Shown piece after piece: positions 8,902 to 18,755 of a stretch of 64,000 bases of DNA. How positions within the stretch are numbered: position 1 is the first letter of the stretch; every line of letters starts with the position of its first letter. Both the position numbers and the translations under genes were made by a program. The stretch comes from Longimicrobiales bacterium (lineage in GTDB: Bacteria; Gemmatimonadota; Gemmatimonadetes; Longimicrobiales; Gaopeijiaceae), in contig CBDAON010000004.1 of assembly GCA_965198065.1 (NCBI GenBank), positions 2,336,001 through 2,400,000 of the forward strand, written 5' to 3'. Under the pieces are notes generated by a model. That model did not search any database. It was not told where the DNA came from and was given only the letters and a program-made list of their open reading frames with translations.

Positions 8902-10308
8902 CTACTCCACGGAGAGGGGGAGCCAACCTTGAACCCCGCTCCCCTCGGCACGGGCCAGAATCCAGGATCCGGAGCGCCCGAGAACTAGAACTACTTCTTC
9001 GTTCTCGATCCCGCGAATCCGGGGCGCACCCTCCACGGGGGCCGTTCTCATGACGAGCCTCGGCGGGATCGTCTCCACTCCCAGCGGCTCCTCAATGGGC
9101 TCGAGCGCGTCGCCAGGTGCGTAGCCCTGCTCGCCCCCGGGCAGCTGGACCCGGTACCACTGGCCCGCGCCCCCGAGGACACGGACGGGGAGCTCCGCCG
9201 GCAGGTCGGCGAGCCGGGCCGCTCGCCTCGAGGGCGCCGCGAGCAGCGTGGTCCCGGCGGCGCGAACCCGAAGGGTCTCCTGAAACGCCTCTCGGGACAC
9301 CGTGAGCGGCTCCGGCTCCCCTTCGGGATCGTGGATGAACGGATACGGGTCGACCGCGCCTCCCGGCCGCATGTAGACGCCGAAGTGGAGGTGAGGCGAG
9401 GTCGTCCTCGCGTTTCCCGTGTTTCCGACCAACCCCAACACGTCGCCGGCCCGCACGGTCTGTCCGTTTCGGACCATCTGGGAGTCTAAGTGGGCGAAGT
9501 ACTGGCGCTGCCTGCCGCCGCGATCCCTCACCCAGACCACCTTTCCGCCCAGATTCGTCACCTCAACGCGGTAGACGGTGCCGTCGGTGGCGGCACGGAC
9601 GGGCGTTCCCCTCGGGGCGAAGATGTCCACCCCGTGGTGATCCCTCGATCCCCCTGCCCGGATGTCTCCGAAGAAGCTGAGCACGTTCGCGGTCGAACGC
9701 CCCTCTACCGGAAACGCGAGAGACGGCCCGACGGTGACCGACACCTCCACGGCCCCGCCCGCCATGAGCTCGGGCTGGACGCGCAGGAGATACCGTCCCG
9801 TCGCTCTCGCGTCGTAGGCGATCGACCGCTCCCAGGGATCGGCCCACTCGACAAGGAGCTCGGACTCCTCGTCCCCCGGATCGCGCACCCGGTAGATCTC
9901 GAGGAAGATTTGCGAGATCGTGTCGTCGGTCCGGATCCGGACGTCGATCCGCTGCCCACGCTCGGCCTCCATCAGGTACCCGAACGCCGCTGGTACTTCG
10001 GGCGGAACCCAGACCTCCTCGACTACCGGGGGAACGATCTCCACCGCGTCCAGCAGGGCACGACGTCCCACGAGGTGCCAGGCGCGCACCATCGTGCTCC
10101 CACCCAGCCCGGCGCGATCGAGCGCCTCCTCGTACCGCTCGCGAGGCGTCTCCCCCCGGAACGGCTCGAGCAGGACTTCTCCGGCCCCGCACGAGGCGAG
10201 CACCGAGAGAGCTCCCGCGAGCAGGCTCCGTTGAGCCCACCCTCGGGCCCGGCTAAGTTCTCTGGCTATCTGCGTCCCCTCCGAGGAGGCCCACCCCGTG
10301 GTCCACAT
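8902..10308 (-). CDS. M23-family metallopeptidase, probable lipoprotein with C-terminal SH3-like domains (start uncertain)
   Basis: HHGVDIFAPRGTPV, YFAHLD, GNTGNA...PHLHF motifs; VLASC lipobox; GQWYRVQLPGGEQGY SH3-like segment. Confidence 0.85.
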   Translation of the reverse strand: MWTTGWASSEGTQIARELSRARGWAQRSLLAGALSVLASCGAGEVLLEPFRGETPRERYEEALDRAGLGGSTMVRAWHLVGRRALLDAVEIVPPVVEEVWVPPEVPAAFGYLMEAERGQRIDVRIRTDDTISQIFLEIYRVRDPGDEESELLVEWADPWERSIAYDARATGRYLLRVQPELMAGGAVEVSVTVGPSLAFPVEGRSTANVLSFFGDIRAGGSRDHHGVDIFAPRGTPVRAATDGTVYRVEVTNLGGKVVWVRDRGGRQRQYFAHLDSQMVRNGQTVRAGDVLGLVGNTGNARTTSPHLHFGVYMRPGGAVDPYPFIHDPEGEPEPLTVSREAFQETLRVRAAGTTLLAAPSRRAARLADLPAELPVRVLGGAGQWYRVQLPGGEQGYAPGDALEPIEEPLGVETIPPRLVMRTAPVEGAPRIRGIENEEVVLVLGRSGSWILARAEGSGVQGWLPLSVE

Positions 10309-11569
10309 TGTCGCGATCGAATCGGGTAGCATCGCCGAGGCGCTGGCTCTCCGGGTGGGTACCCGCATCATTCGGATCAACGGCGAGCGCGTCCGGGACG
10401 GGATCGACCTCGCTTTCCTCCTCGCCGACACGGAGCTCGAAATCGAGGCCGTCGATCCGGACGGCCGACGGACCCTGCTGGGCGTCGAGCGCGACTCGGG
10501 AAAGCCGATGGGGATCGTTCCCGCTCCTGACAAGATCCGGGAGTGCGCGAACGAGTGCGTCTTCTGCTTCATCGACGGGAACCCTCCTGGGGCGCGCCGC
10601 ACCTTGTGGGTTCGAGACGACGACTTTCGTCTTTCGTTCACGTATGGGAGCTACGTTACGCTGACAAACCTGGGCCCGAAAGGGTTGAGTCGCCTGATCG
10701 AGCAGCGGCTCTCCCCGCTCTATGTGAGCGTCCACGCCACCGAGCCCGAAGTTCGAGCCCGCCTGCTAAAGAACGAGAAGGCCGGCCTCATCCTGGAGCA
10801 GCTCGAGCTCCTCACCGCGCAGGGCCTGGATGTCCACACCCAGGTCGTGCTCTGCCCGGGTTGGAACGACGGCCCTCACCTGGATCGCACGATCGACGAC
10901 CTGTGGAGCCTCGGGGAAGGGATCCGGACCCTCTCCGTGGTTCCCGTGGGCCTCACCAAGTACAACCTGGGGAGCCCTGTTCGGCTGCTGACGCCATCCG
11001 AGGCGGCGGCCGCCCTGGACCAGGTGGAAGCCATGCGCCGGCGGGCCAGGGCAAGCCGCGGATACGGCTGGTGCTACGCCGCGGACGAGCTGTTCCTCAC
11101 GGCCCGGCGGGAGATTCCGGAGGCCGCGTATTACGACGACCACGCGCTCACCGAGAACGGGGTGGGGGCGCTTCGCCGGTTCATCGAGGACTTCGCGGCG
11201 GGCCTCCCCCATGTACCGAAGCTCGAGGGCTCCCGGATCCAGATCCTCACCGGAACCTCCATGGAACCCGTCCTGGAGGAGCGTCGCGAGGCGATCGCGC
11301 GGGCCACGGGCGCCGCAGTCCAGGTCACGGCGGTCCCGAATCGCTATTACGGGGACACTGTGACGGTCGCCGGCCTCCTGGGCGGAGCTGACCTCCTCGC
11401 CGCGGCTTCCGACGCCCGGGAACGCGACCTTGTCCTCATCCCGGCCGAGGCGCTGAACGGGGACGACCTCTTCGTGGACTCTTTTCACCTCGATCGTCTT
11501 CGCGCCGAGCTGGCGCCGGCAAGGGTCGTCACCGGGTTCGAGGTCACCGCCGCGCTCCGTTCCCTGTGA
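10298..11569 (+). CDS. DUF512-domain protein (PDZ-like N-terminus plus radical-SAM-like Fe-S motif)
   Basis: CANECVFCF (CxxxCxxC), DDDFRLSF, SVHAT, ENGVG motifs; RBS gaggagg; adjacent to der. Confidence 0.85.
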   Translation: MVHIVAIESGSIAEALALRVGTRIIRINGERVRDGIDLAFLLADTELEIEAVDPDGRRTLLGVERDSGKPMGIVPAPDKIRECANECVFCFIDGNPPGARRTLWVRDDDFRLSFTYGSYVTLTNLGPKGLSRLIEQRLSPLYVSVHATEPEVRARLLKNEKAGLILEQLELLTAQGLDVHTQVVLCPGWNDGPHLDRTIDDLWSLGEGIRTLSVVPVGLTKYNLGSPVRLLTPSEAAAALDQVEAMRRRARASRGYGWCYAADELFLTARREIPEAAYYDDHALTENGVGALRRFIEDFAAGLPHVPKLEGSRIQILTGTSMEPVLEERREAIARATGAAVQVTAVPNRYYGDTVTVAGLLGGADLLAAASDARERDLVLIPAEALNGDDLFVDSFHLDRLRAELAPARVVTGFEVTAALRSL

Positions 11570-12903
11570 GCGGAAGGCTCCCGGTCGTCGCCGTCGTCGG
11601 GCGCCCGAACGTGGGGAAATCCACGTTCTTCAACCGGGTCCTCGGACGGCGGGACGCGATCGTGGACGAGCGGGCCGGGGTCACGCGTGATCGTCACTTT
11701 GCGCTGGCGGACTGGGCGGGGCGGAGCTTCTTCATCGTGGACACCGGAGGAGTGATCGAGGGGAGCGACGAGCCCATGGATCGCTTGGTGCGTGGGCAGG
11801 CACTCACCGCGGCCCGGGAAGCGGACCTGATCGTCTTTCTCGTGGACGGACAGGAGGGAGCGCACCCGCAGGACGAGCGAATCACGGAGATCCTTCGCGG
11901 GACGGGCCGCGCCCTCCTCCTCGTCGTGAACAAGCTCGACAACCTCCCGGCCGACGAGGCACGTCACGATTTCTGGCGTCTCGGGCTCGGCGATCCGCTG
12001 CCGGTGAGCGCCATCTCGGGCAAGGGGTCCGGGGACGTACTCGACCGGATCGTGGCCGCGCTCCCCGAGCGAGAAGTCCGTGCGCCCCCCGAGGACGTTC
12101 GCGTGGCGGTGATCGGGAGGCCGAACGTCGGGAAATCCTCGTTCGTGAACCGGCTTCTGGGCGAGGAGCGCGCCGTGGTCAGCGAAGCACCCGGGACCAC
12201 GCGTGACCCCGTGGACTCGACCCTGGTGTACGAAGGCAAGCGGTGGACGTTCGTGGACACGGCAGGGCTCCGGCGGCACTCCCGAATCGACGAGTCCATC
12301 GAGTATTATTCGTCGCTCCGGACCCAGCGGGTGATTCGCGACGCCCATGTCGCCCTGATCCTCGTGGATGCCACCGAGGGCGTGACCCACCAGGATCTGA
12401 AGGTCATGGAAGCGGCGTGGGACGCGGGGTGCGGCCTGATCATTGGCGTGAACAAGTGGGATCTCGTCGCAAAGGGGACCTCGACGGCCCCGGATTTCGA
12501 GAAGGCGTTCCAGGCCCGGGCTCCGTCTTTCGCCGACGTTCCGATGATCTTCCTTTCAGCGCTCACCGGGCAACGGGTTCGAAAGACGCTGGACCTCCTC
12601 CTCCAGGTGTCTGAGGAGCGCCGCCGTCGGATCCCCACCCACGAGGTGAATACCGTCCTGGAGGGGCTCACGCGCCGCCAACCCGCTCCTCATTCCCGAG
12701 GGCGCCCGGTCCGGATCCGCTACGGATCGCAGGTCGATAGCGCGCCACCCACGTTCGTGCTCTTCTCGAATCTCCCCGACGCGGTCCCGCGGAGCTACGC
12801 GCGCTACTTACAAAATGGGTTCCGCGCTGCCTGGGGCTTCCACGGCGTGCCGCTCCGCGTTCGCCTCCGTGCTTCGGGGCGGGGTAGGGCAGCCGAGCCG
12901 TGA
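11566..12903 (+). CDS. der: Ribosome biogenesis GTPase Der (EngA)
   Basis: Two GRPNVGKS P-loops, DTGG/DTAG, NKLD/NKWD. Confidence 0.97.
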   Translation: MSGRLPVVAVVGRPNVGKSTFFNRVLGRRDAIVDERAGVTRDRHFALADWAGRSFFIVDTGGVIEGSDEPMDRLVRGQALTAAREADLIVFLVDGQEGAHPQDERITEILRGTGRALLLVVNKLDNLPADEARHDFWRLGLGDPLPVSAISGKGSGDVLDRIVAALPEREVRAPPEDVRVAVIGRPNVGKSSFVNRLLGEERAVVSEAPGTTRDPVDSTLVYEGKRWTFVDTAGLRRHSRIDESIEYYSSLRTQRVIRDAHVALILVDATEGVTHQDLKVMEAAWDAGCGLIIGVNKWDLVAKGTSTAPDFEKAFQARAPSFADVPMIFLSALTGQRVRKTLDLLLQVSEERRRRIPTHEVNTVLEGLTRRQPAPHSRGRPVRIRYGSQVDSAPPTFVLFSNLPDAVPRSYARYLQNGFRAAWGFHGVPLRVRLRASGRGRAAEP

Positions 12904-13520
12904 CGGTTCCGCTCATCCTCGTCGCTCTCGCCTACGCGGTGGGAGCCACCCCGTCCTCGCACTGGATGGGGCGGTTCGTTTACGGCGTGGACCTCCGCAC
13001 CCGGGGAAGCGGGAACCTCGGGGCCACCAACGTCTATCGCACTCTTGGCGCGCGGGCCGCCGTTCCGGTCGTGGCCGCGGACGTGCTCAAGGGGTGGGCT
13101 CCCGTCGCGCTGTTTCCGCTTTTCGTCCCGGGCGCAGCGTACGGATGGAGACTCGCCTTCGGGAGCGCGGCCATTCTAGGCCACGTGTTCTCGGTCTGGG
13201 TGGGCTTCAGGGGAGGGAAGGGAGTCGCAACGAGCGCGGGGGTGTTCTTGGGGCTGGCCCCGACGGCGCTCATCGCGGCCCTGGTCGTGTGGGCCGCCGC
13301 CGTTCTCGCCACGGGATACGTGTCGCTCGGATCGATCCTTGCGGCCGTGGCCCTTCCGGTCGCGATCGCGCTCACCAGCCCTCCCGGGGGCCCCACGCTC
13401 CTCGCCTTCTCGGCCGGGCTCGCGGCGTTCGTGGTCTGGGCGCACCGATCGAACATCGCCCGACTTCTCCGGGGGGAGGAGAACCGCATTCGGCGCGGGC
13501 AGGGGGCCGCGCCCCCATGA
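12900..13520 (+). CDS. plsY: Glycerol-3-phosphate acyltransferase PlsY
   Basis: GSGNLGATN, GHVFSVWVGFRGGKGVAT, HRSNIARL. Confidence 0.96.
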   Translation: MTVPLILVALAYAVGATPSSHWMGRFVYGVDLRTRGSGNLGATNVYRTLGARAAVPVVAADVLKGWAPVALFPLFVPGAAYGWRLAFGSAAILGHVFSVWVGFRGGKGVATSAGVFLGLAPTALIAALVVWAAAVLATGYVSLGSILAAVALPVAIALTSPPGGPTLLAFSAGLAAFVVWAHRSNIARLLRGEENRIRRGQGAAPP

Positions 13521-14572
13521 CCCCTTCGGCCTCCGGCCGCCCCTCGCGCGGGGGGCACCCGCGGGACGACCGGGTCCCCGTGGCCGTGGTGGGGGCGGGG
13601 GGCTGGGGCACGGCCCTCGCCTGCCACCTGAGCCGCGGCGGCCATCGAGTTCGGCTCTGGAGCTACGAGCTCGAGGTCGTCCGCTCCGTCAGAGAAGCGG
13701 GGGAGAACCGGCCGTACCTGCCCGGGGTGCGGCTCCCTCCCGAGCTCGTGGTGTCCGAGAATATGGACGAGGTCGTCTCGGGAGCGCACCTCGTCGTTTC
13801 GGTGAGCCCCTCCCAGCACGTGCGACGCGTGATGAGCGAGGCGGCCGCCCACGTGGACCCCGAGGCGCTCGTGGTGAGCGCGTCCAAGGGGATCGAGATC
13901 GACACACTCGAGCGCATGAGCCAGGTGCTCCGTTCCCTTCTCCCGCCGGGTGTGGGAGACCGAATTGTGGCGCTCTCCGGTCCCTCCTTCGCGGTCGAGG
14001 TGGCCCGCCTCATGCCCACGGCGGTCGTGGCTGCGGGGACGTCGTCCGAGGCCTGCCTGGAGGTGCAGCGGATCTTCACCTCCCCGGTGTTTCGGGTGTA
14101 CACGAGCAGTGACGTGATCGGAGTCGAGCTGGGGGGAGCGCTCAAGAACGTGATCGCGCTCGCGGGCGGCGTGGTGGCCGGTCTCGAGTTCGGGCACAAC
14201 ACGCTGGCCGCTCTCATCACGCGCGGACTAGCCGAGATCACGCGGCTGGGCGTGGCCATGGGAGCGGAAGCCGCGACCTTCTATGGGCTGGCCGGGCTCG
14301 GTGACCTCGTGCTCACTTGTACGGGGGACCTGTCACGCAACCGCACGGTCGGAGCTCGTCTCGGTCGGGGCGAGAGACTCACGGATATCCTGGCTGAGAT
14401 GACCGCGGTCGCGGAGGGCGTGAGAACGACACCGGCGGTGCACGAGCTCGCGAACAAGCACGGAGTGGAGATGCCGATCGCCGATCAGGTTCATGCCATC
14501 CTCGAAGAGCGAAAAGCGCCGAAGGATGCGCTCCAGGAGCTCATGCTCCGGGAGCCCGGAAGGGAATCCTGA
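13517..14572 (+). CDS. gpsA: NAD(P)H-dependent glycerol-3-phosphate dehydrogenase
   Basis: GAGGWGTAL, SKGIE, LSGPSFA, GALKNVIA, GDLVLTCTGDLSRN; ATG overlaps plsY stop. Confidence 0.96.
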   Translation: MTPSASGRPSRGGHPRDDRVPVAVVGAGGWGTALACHLSRGGHRVRLWSYELEVVRSVREAGENRPYLPGVRLPPELVVSENMDEVVSGAHLVVSVSPSQHVRRVMSEAAAHVDPEALVVSASKGIEIDTLERMSQVLRSLLPPGVGDRIVALSGPSFAVEVARLMPTAVVAAGTSSEACLEVQRIFTSPVFRVYTSSDVIGVELGGALKNVIALAGGVVAGLEFGHNTLAALITRGLAEITRLGVAMGAEAATFYGLAGLGDLVLTCTGDLSRNRTVGARLGRGERLTDILAEMTAVAEGVRTTPAVHELANKHGVEMPIADQVHAILEERKAPKDALQELMLREPGRES

Positions 14573-14614
14573 CGGACGGGCTCGAGCCCCCGGGGCGGGC
14601 CCGTAGGAGGAACC

Positions 14615-15004
14615 GTGGAAGATCCAGTCGCAAGGAAGGCCTACTACTCGATCGGGGAGGTCTGCGAGCTCATGGGCCTTCGGCCTCACGTGCTGAGGTA
14701 CTGGGAGACCCAGTTCCAGGCCCTCCATCCCACAAAGAACCGGGCCGGAATCCGCGTGTACCGACCCGAAGAGGTGGAGACGATCCTTCTCGTGAAGCGC
14801 CTCCTCTACGAGGAGAAATACACGATCGAAGGCGCCGACCGGAAGATCCGCGAGATGCGGAGCACCGGAGAGCTCAGGGAAGAGCGGAAGGACGCGGTCG
14901 AGCCCGAGCTCCTGTCAGCCATCCGGGGTGAGCTTCTCGAGTTGAGGAGGATCCTGACCCTCCCCACCGAAGCGGATCCGGACGACGAACGCACCAGCAC
15001 CTGA
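14615..15004 (+). CDS. MerR-family transcriptional regulator
   Basis: YYSIGEV...HVLRYWETQF...KNRAGIRVY HTH; RBS aggagg. Confidence 0.9.
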   Translation: MEDPVARKAYYSIGEVCELMGLRPHVLRYWETQFQALHPTKNRAGIRVYRPEEVETILLVKRLLYEEKYTIEGADRKIREMRSTGELREERKDAVEPELLSAIRGELLELRRILTLPTEADPDDERTST

Positions 15005-15021
15005 CCGTTCCGCGCGCGACC

Positions 15022-15774
15022 ATGCAGATCCTTTGCACGAACGACGACGGCTTCCTGGCCACGGGCCTACGGGTGCTCGCCTCTTCGGCGCTCCGCCTGG
15101 GCCACGTGACCGTGGTCGCCCCCGATCGCGAGCAGAGCGCGACGAGCCACTCCCTCACCCTCCACCACCCGCTTCGGAGCCGCCGGGCCTCCGACGGGAC
15201 GCTCGTCGTGGACGGAACCCCCACGGACTGCGTGATCCTGGCGGTGAACGCGCTCATGAACGACCGCCCGCAGTTCTGTCTCTCGGGGGTAAACCACGGC
15301 CCGAACCTGGGCGAAGACATCCTCTACTCGGGAACGGTCGCAGCAGCCATGGAGGCGGTCGTGCTTGGAATTCCTTCCGTGGCGATCTCCTACGCGGGAC
15401 CCGACTTCGAGTCGATCGAGGCGTGGGACGGAAAACTCTCGGATCTCCTCGTGCAGCTCCTCACCGGGCGACCCGACTTCCCCCGCTCCACCCTCCTCAA
15501 CGTGAACCTGCCCGCCCTACCACTCGAGGACGTGCGGGGGATCCGGGTCACCTCCCTCGGGGAGCGACGCTATTCGGACTCCCTGACCCGGGCCAAGGAT
15601 CCGTCGGGGCGGGAATACTTCTGGATCGGGGGGGGTGCGACCCATTGGCGAGGGAATCGTGAGTCGGACTTCAAGGCGGTGGACGAAGGCTACATTTCCG
15701 TGACGCCGCTTCACCTGGACCTCACCAACTACGAGCTGATCGAGGAGCTACGCGGGTGGAACCTGGAGCTGTGA
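15022..15774 (+). CDS. surE: 5'/3'-nucleotidase SurE
   Basis: ILCTNDDG, GTPTDCV, SGVNHGPNLG, YSGTVAAAME. Confidence 0.97.
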   Translation: MQILCTNDDGFLATGLRVLASSALRLGHVTVVAPDREQSATSHSLTLHHPLRSRRASDGTLVVDGTPTDCVILAVNALMNDRPQFCLSGVNHGPNLGEDILYSGTVAAAMEAVVLGIPSVAISYAGPDFESIEAWDGKLSDLLVQLLTGRPDFPRSTLLNVNLPALPLEDVRGIRVTSLGERRYSDSLTRAKDPSGREYFWIGGGATHWRGNRESDFKAVDEGYISVTPLHLDLTNYELIEELRGWNLEL

Positions 15775-16436
15775 GCGACTTCGGGTACGTGGCGTCCCGC
15801 CGGCGCCTGATCGAGGACATCCGGACGAAGGGGATCGAGGACCTGGCGATCCTCCAACTGTTCGACCGGGTTCCGAGGCACGTGTTTCTCCCCGAAGCCA
15901 TGCGACATCGCGCCTACGAGGATTCGCCTATCCCGATCGGATACGGACAGACGGCCTCCCAGCCGTCTCTCCAGGCGTTCTACCTGGAGGCGCTCCAGCC
16001 CCGTCCTGGCGACAAAGTGCTGGAGATCGGAACCGGAAGCGGCTTCCTGACCGCTCTCCTCGCCCTGAGCGCGGACCGTGTCTACTCGGTCGAGCGCGTT
16101 CGTGAGCTCTCGGCACGGGCGCGCATCGCCCTCGACTCAATGGGCGTTCGGAACGTCGCCCTTCTGGTGGGGGACGGCTCGATCGGGTGGAGGAAGTACG
16201 CGCCCTTCGAGGTGATCACCGTCTCCGCCGCCTCCCCTTCCGTCCCCCCGGCGCTGGTGGACCAGCTGGGAGAGGGAGGAAGGATGCTCATCCCGGTAGG
16301 TGGGAAAGAGATCCAGGACCTCCTCCTGGTCCGACGCCTGGACGGCGAGATCACCACCGAGTCCCTTCGCGAGAAGTGCACGTTCGTCCCCCTCCTCGGA
16401 CTATACGGGTGGTACCAGACCGATTGGACCCGCTAA
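15771..16436 (+). CDS. pcm: Protein-L-isoaspartate O-methyltransferase
   Basis: VPRHVF, IGYGQTASQP, VLEIGTGSG; surE-pcm synteny. Confidence 0.95.
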   Translation: MSDFGYVASRRRLIEDIRTKGIEDLAILQLFDRVPRHVFLPEAMRHRAYEDSPIPIGYGQTASQPSLQAFYLEALQPRPGDKVLEIGTGSGFLTALLALSADRVYSVERVRELSARARIALDSMGVRNVALLVGDGSIGWRKYAPFEVITVSAASPSVPPALVDQLGEGGRMLIPVGGKEIQDLLLVRRLDGEITTESLREKCTFVPLLGLYGWYQTDWTR

Positions 16437-17065
16437 TGGATCGACTCCTCCCGAGCCCGGGCGGCGTCGCCCGGGCAAGGCTCCGGAGGCTTTACGACTG
16501 GGTTCTCGGTTGGGCGAGAACTCCGTACGCGCTCGTGGCGCTCGTCACGCTCTCCGTAGCCGAAGCGTCGTTCTTCCCGGTCCCGCCGGATCCACTCCTC
16601 ATCGCGATGTGCCTCGGAGCACCCGCGGCGGCCTTTCGATTCGCCGCCTGGACGACGGCCGCGTCTGTGGCGGGGGGCGTCGCGGGGTACGCCATGGGTT
16701 TCGCGGCGTGGACCCTCCTTTCGGCATTCTTCTTCCAATGGGTGCCGGGCGTGACGCCGGAGGCTTTCGCGTCCGTTCAGACGCTTTACGGGCGCTACGA
16801 TTTCTGGGCCATCTTCCTGGCCGGGCTCACGCCCGTGCCGTACAAGGTGTTCACCCTCTCTGCGGGGGTATTCGCCCTCGACTTCCCGGTATTCGTGCTG
16901 GCGAGCTTCTCCAGCCGCGGGCTCCGGTTCTTTGCCGTGGCCACCCTGGTCTGGAAGTTCGGGGCGCCGGTTACGGCTTTCGTGGATCGCTACTTCAACG
17001 TTCTGACTGTGGTCTTCGGGGCTCTCCTGGTGCTGGGCTTCATTCTTGTCGGCACACTCCTCTGA
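16436..17065 (+). CDS. YqaA/DedA (VTT-domain) membrane protein
   Basis: AEASFFPVPPDPLL, GLTPVPYKVF; translationally coupled to pcm. Confidence 0.88.
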   Translation: MDRLLPSPGGVARARLRRLYDWVLGWARTPYALVALVTLSVAEASFFPVPPDPLLIAMCLGAPAAAFRFAAWTTAASVAGGVAGYAMGFAAWTLLSAFFFQWVPGVTPEAFASVQTLYGRYDFWAIFLAGLTPVPYKVFTLSAGVFALDFPVFVLASFSSRGLRFFAVATLVWKFGAPVTAFVDRYFNVLTVVFGALLVLGFILVGTLL

Positions 17066-17215
17066 GCACCCCCCTCGAGGGGGGACCCCGAGTCACCTCC
17101 CGAAAGCGGGCGACGGTCCCGGTCGGTGACTCGCTACCCAGGCGATCGTCCAGGTGCGAGTAGGGAGGGGGCGCCATATATTGGGGCCTGGTTGGCGTTC
17201 GACAGGGAGGGAGAC

Positions 17216-17800
17216 ATGGCCGACAGTCAAGCGGGCGCCGGTCGGCCCGGCCCGGAGGCTAGGCAGGACGGGGCAGGGGGGCCGGACGGCGAAGTACCCC
17301 CGAACAGGCCGCGAAAGCTCGACCAGCTCCCTCCGCCCGCCTTTCCGCCCGGAGCGCGGCGCACAGCACCCACGCGGTCGCCCCCAGACGGGGACGGGGA
17401 GACGTCCCTCGCCGAACAGCTCCCCGAGGGAGCGCTCATCTCTCCGGACGAGCCCGTTCGGCGCGTTTCCGGCGAGGTCCCCGAGGATGCCTTCATCTCC
17501 CCGGATGAGCCCATTCGGAGCCGTGACCCCCTTCCGGGACGTCCCCAGGACGCCGCCGCAACCGAGGACGACGTCGTTGTCACCGGCATAGGGGAGCAGG
17601 ACCCCGCCTACTACCGATCCCCATCCGCCGTCGTAGCCGACATGCACGACATCGAACAGGCGGCGCCAGTGCTGGAGGATCTCGCCAGGCAAATCCGGGC
17701 CGACGGAGTAGCCGCGCTCTTTTTGGAGTCGGGGCTCTCCCGGTTCGAGTCCGCACTCCGGAGCTTCCTGGCCGGCTACTTCGCCCGGGGAAGCGACTGA
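17216..17800 (+). CDS. Hypothetical acidic Pro-rich protein with internal repeat
   Basis: RBS gggaggg before ATG 17216; PEGALISPDEPVR / PEDAFISPDEPIR repeat; helical-looking C-terminus. Confidence 0.6.
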   Translation: MADSQAGAGRPGPEARQDGAGGPDGEVPPNRPRKLDQLPPPAFPPGARRTAPTRSPPDGDGETSLAEQLPEGALISPDEPVRRVSGEVPEDAFISPDEPIRSRDPLPGRPQDAAATEDDVVVTGIGEQDPAYYRSPSAVVADMHDIEQAAPVLEDLARQIRADGVAALFLESGLSRFESALRSFLAGYFARGSD

Positions 17801-17957
17801 GCGGTTCCCCTCCAAGCGCTCTCGTTGCTCGGCGAACAAGACGAGGCCCGGCCCCCGTTCTCTCCCGGGAGCCGGGCCGTTGTCGGTGCGGTTGGCCGGG
17901 TCTGGCGCGGGGCCCTCGAGGCCCCGGTCGCCTGACCGGCCCTTCGCGCCAGCTACC

Positions 17958-18488
17958 CTAGACGGTGCCGGCGACGTCGACCTCCGGGCGCTCGGGCTCC
18001 CCGTCGGGGCGGTCCGGCCGGTCGGGGCGGTCCGGCCGGTCGGGGCGATCCACATCTGGCCCCCGGTGATGCCTGTCGTCCAAGTATCGGATCACGCGAC
18101 TGGAAATCGAGGCGGACGCCTTGGCGCTTCGGATAGCCGCGTCGAACTCGCGCGCCTCGAAAGCCCGGACCGCCTGGTCCAACAGGTGCTCGGCCTCGCG
18201 AAGGGCCGCCGCCACCCGCGGCTCCGGGCTCGGTCCCGCCAGCTCGACCGCCTTCCTCAGCAGCTTCTGGGCGTGCTCGATCCACCGAGCCGCCACGGCC
18301 GCCGGATCGTGCCGCACGTCGTCGCCCGGGCGCTCCGGCGCCGCCTCGGGAAGCGAGACCTCCACCGCGGGCAGGAAGTCCAGATTTGGCTGGAGCTCCG
18401 CTACCGGTCCCAAGGGGCCCGTGTCGCATCCCGCTACCGCGGCGAGCAGCACCGACCACCACAGCTTCTTCATGCCGTTCATGACCAT
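17958..18488 (-). CDS. Hypothetical lipoprotein with (DRP)n repeat tail
   Basis: RBS gggagg, MKKLWWSVLLAAVAGC lipobox, helical core, DRPDRPDRPDRPD encoded by 9-bp repeats at ~18003-18050. Confidence 0.65.
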   Translation of the reverse strand: MVMNGMKKLWWSVLLAAVAGCDTGPLGPVAELQPNLDFLPAVEVSLPEAAPERPGDDVRHDPAAVAARWIEHAQKLLRKAVELAGPSPEPRVAAALREAEHLLDQAVRAFEAREFDAAIRSAKASASISSRVIRYLDDRHHRGPDVDRPDRPDRPDRPDRPDGEPERPEVDVAGTV

Positions 18489-18654
18489 CCTCCCGTTTAG
18501 GCCGGGGGGCCGGTAAGGGCCCCCTGGTTGCTCGAGTCCGATCGGGGCTTCCTCCGGAGTGGAGGAGCGGCCGTCCGATCTCGGCCTGGGGAAGGGCAGG
18601 AAGGGTACCGTGCGGGCGTTGTGCATCCTAACGCGTTATCACAAAGTGAGTTAA

Positions 18655-18671
18655 GAATGATAATATCATTC
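18655..18671. promoter_or_regulatory. Perfect 8-1-8 palindrome, candidate operator (Fur-box-like)
   Basis: gaatgata-a-tatcattc in an AT-rich intergenic region. Confidence 0.5.
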
Positions 18672-18755
18672 CTCAGGATAGGTGAGCGCAACGAGGTTTA
18701 GCTCATAAAGAGTGCATAGGAGCAGGAGGGTGCATCACAGAAACAGTGCAGAACC

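Noticed and set aside
18003..18050. Short tandem repeat as CRISPR or contingency locus
   Set aside because: In-frame 9-bp coding repeat (DRP)n with no spacers or cas genes.
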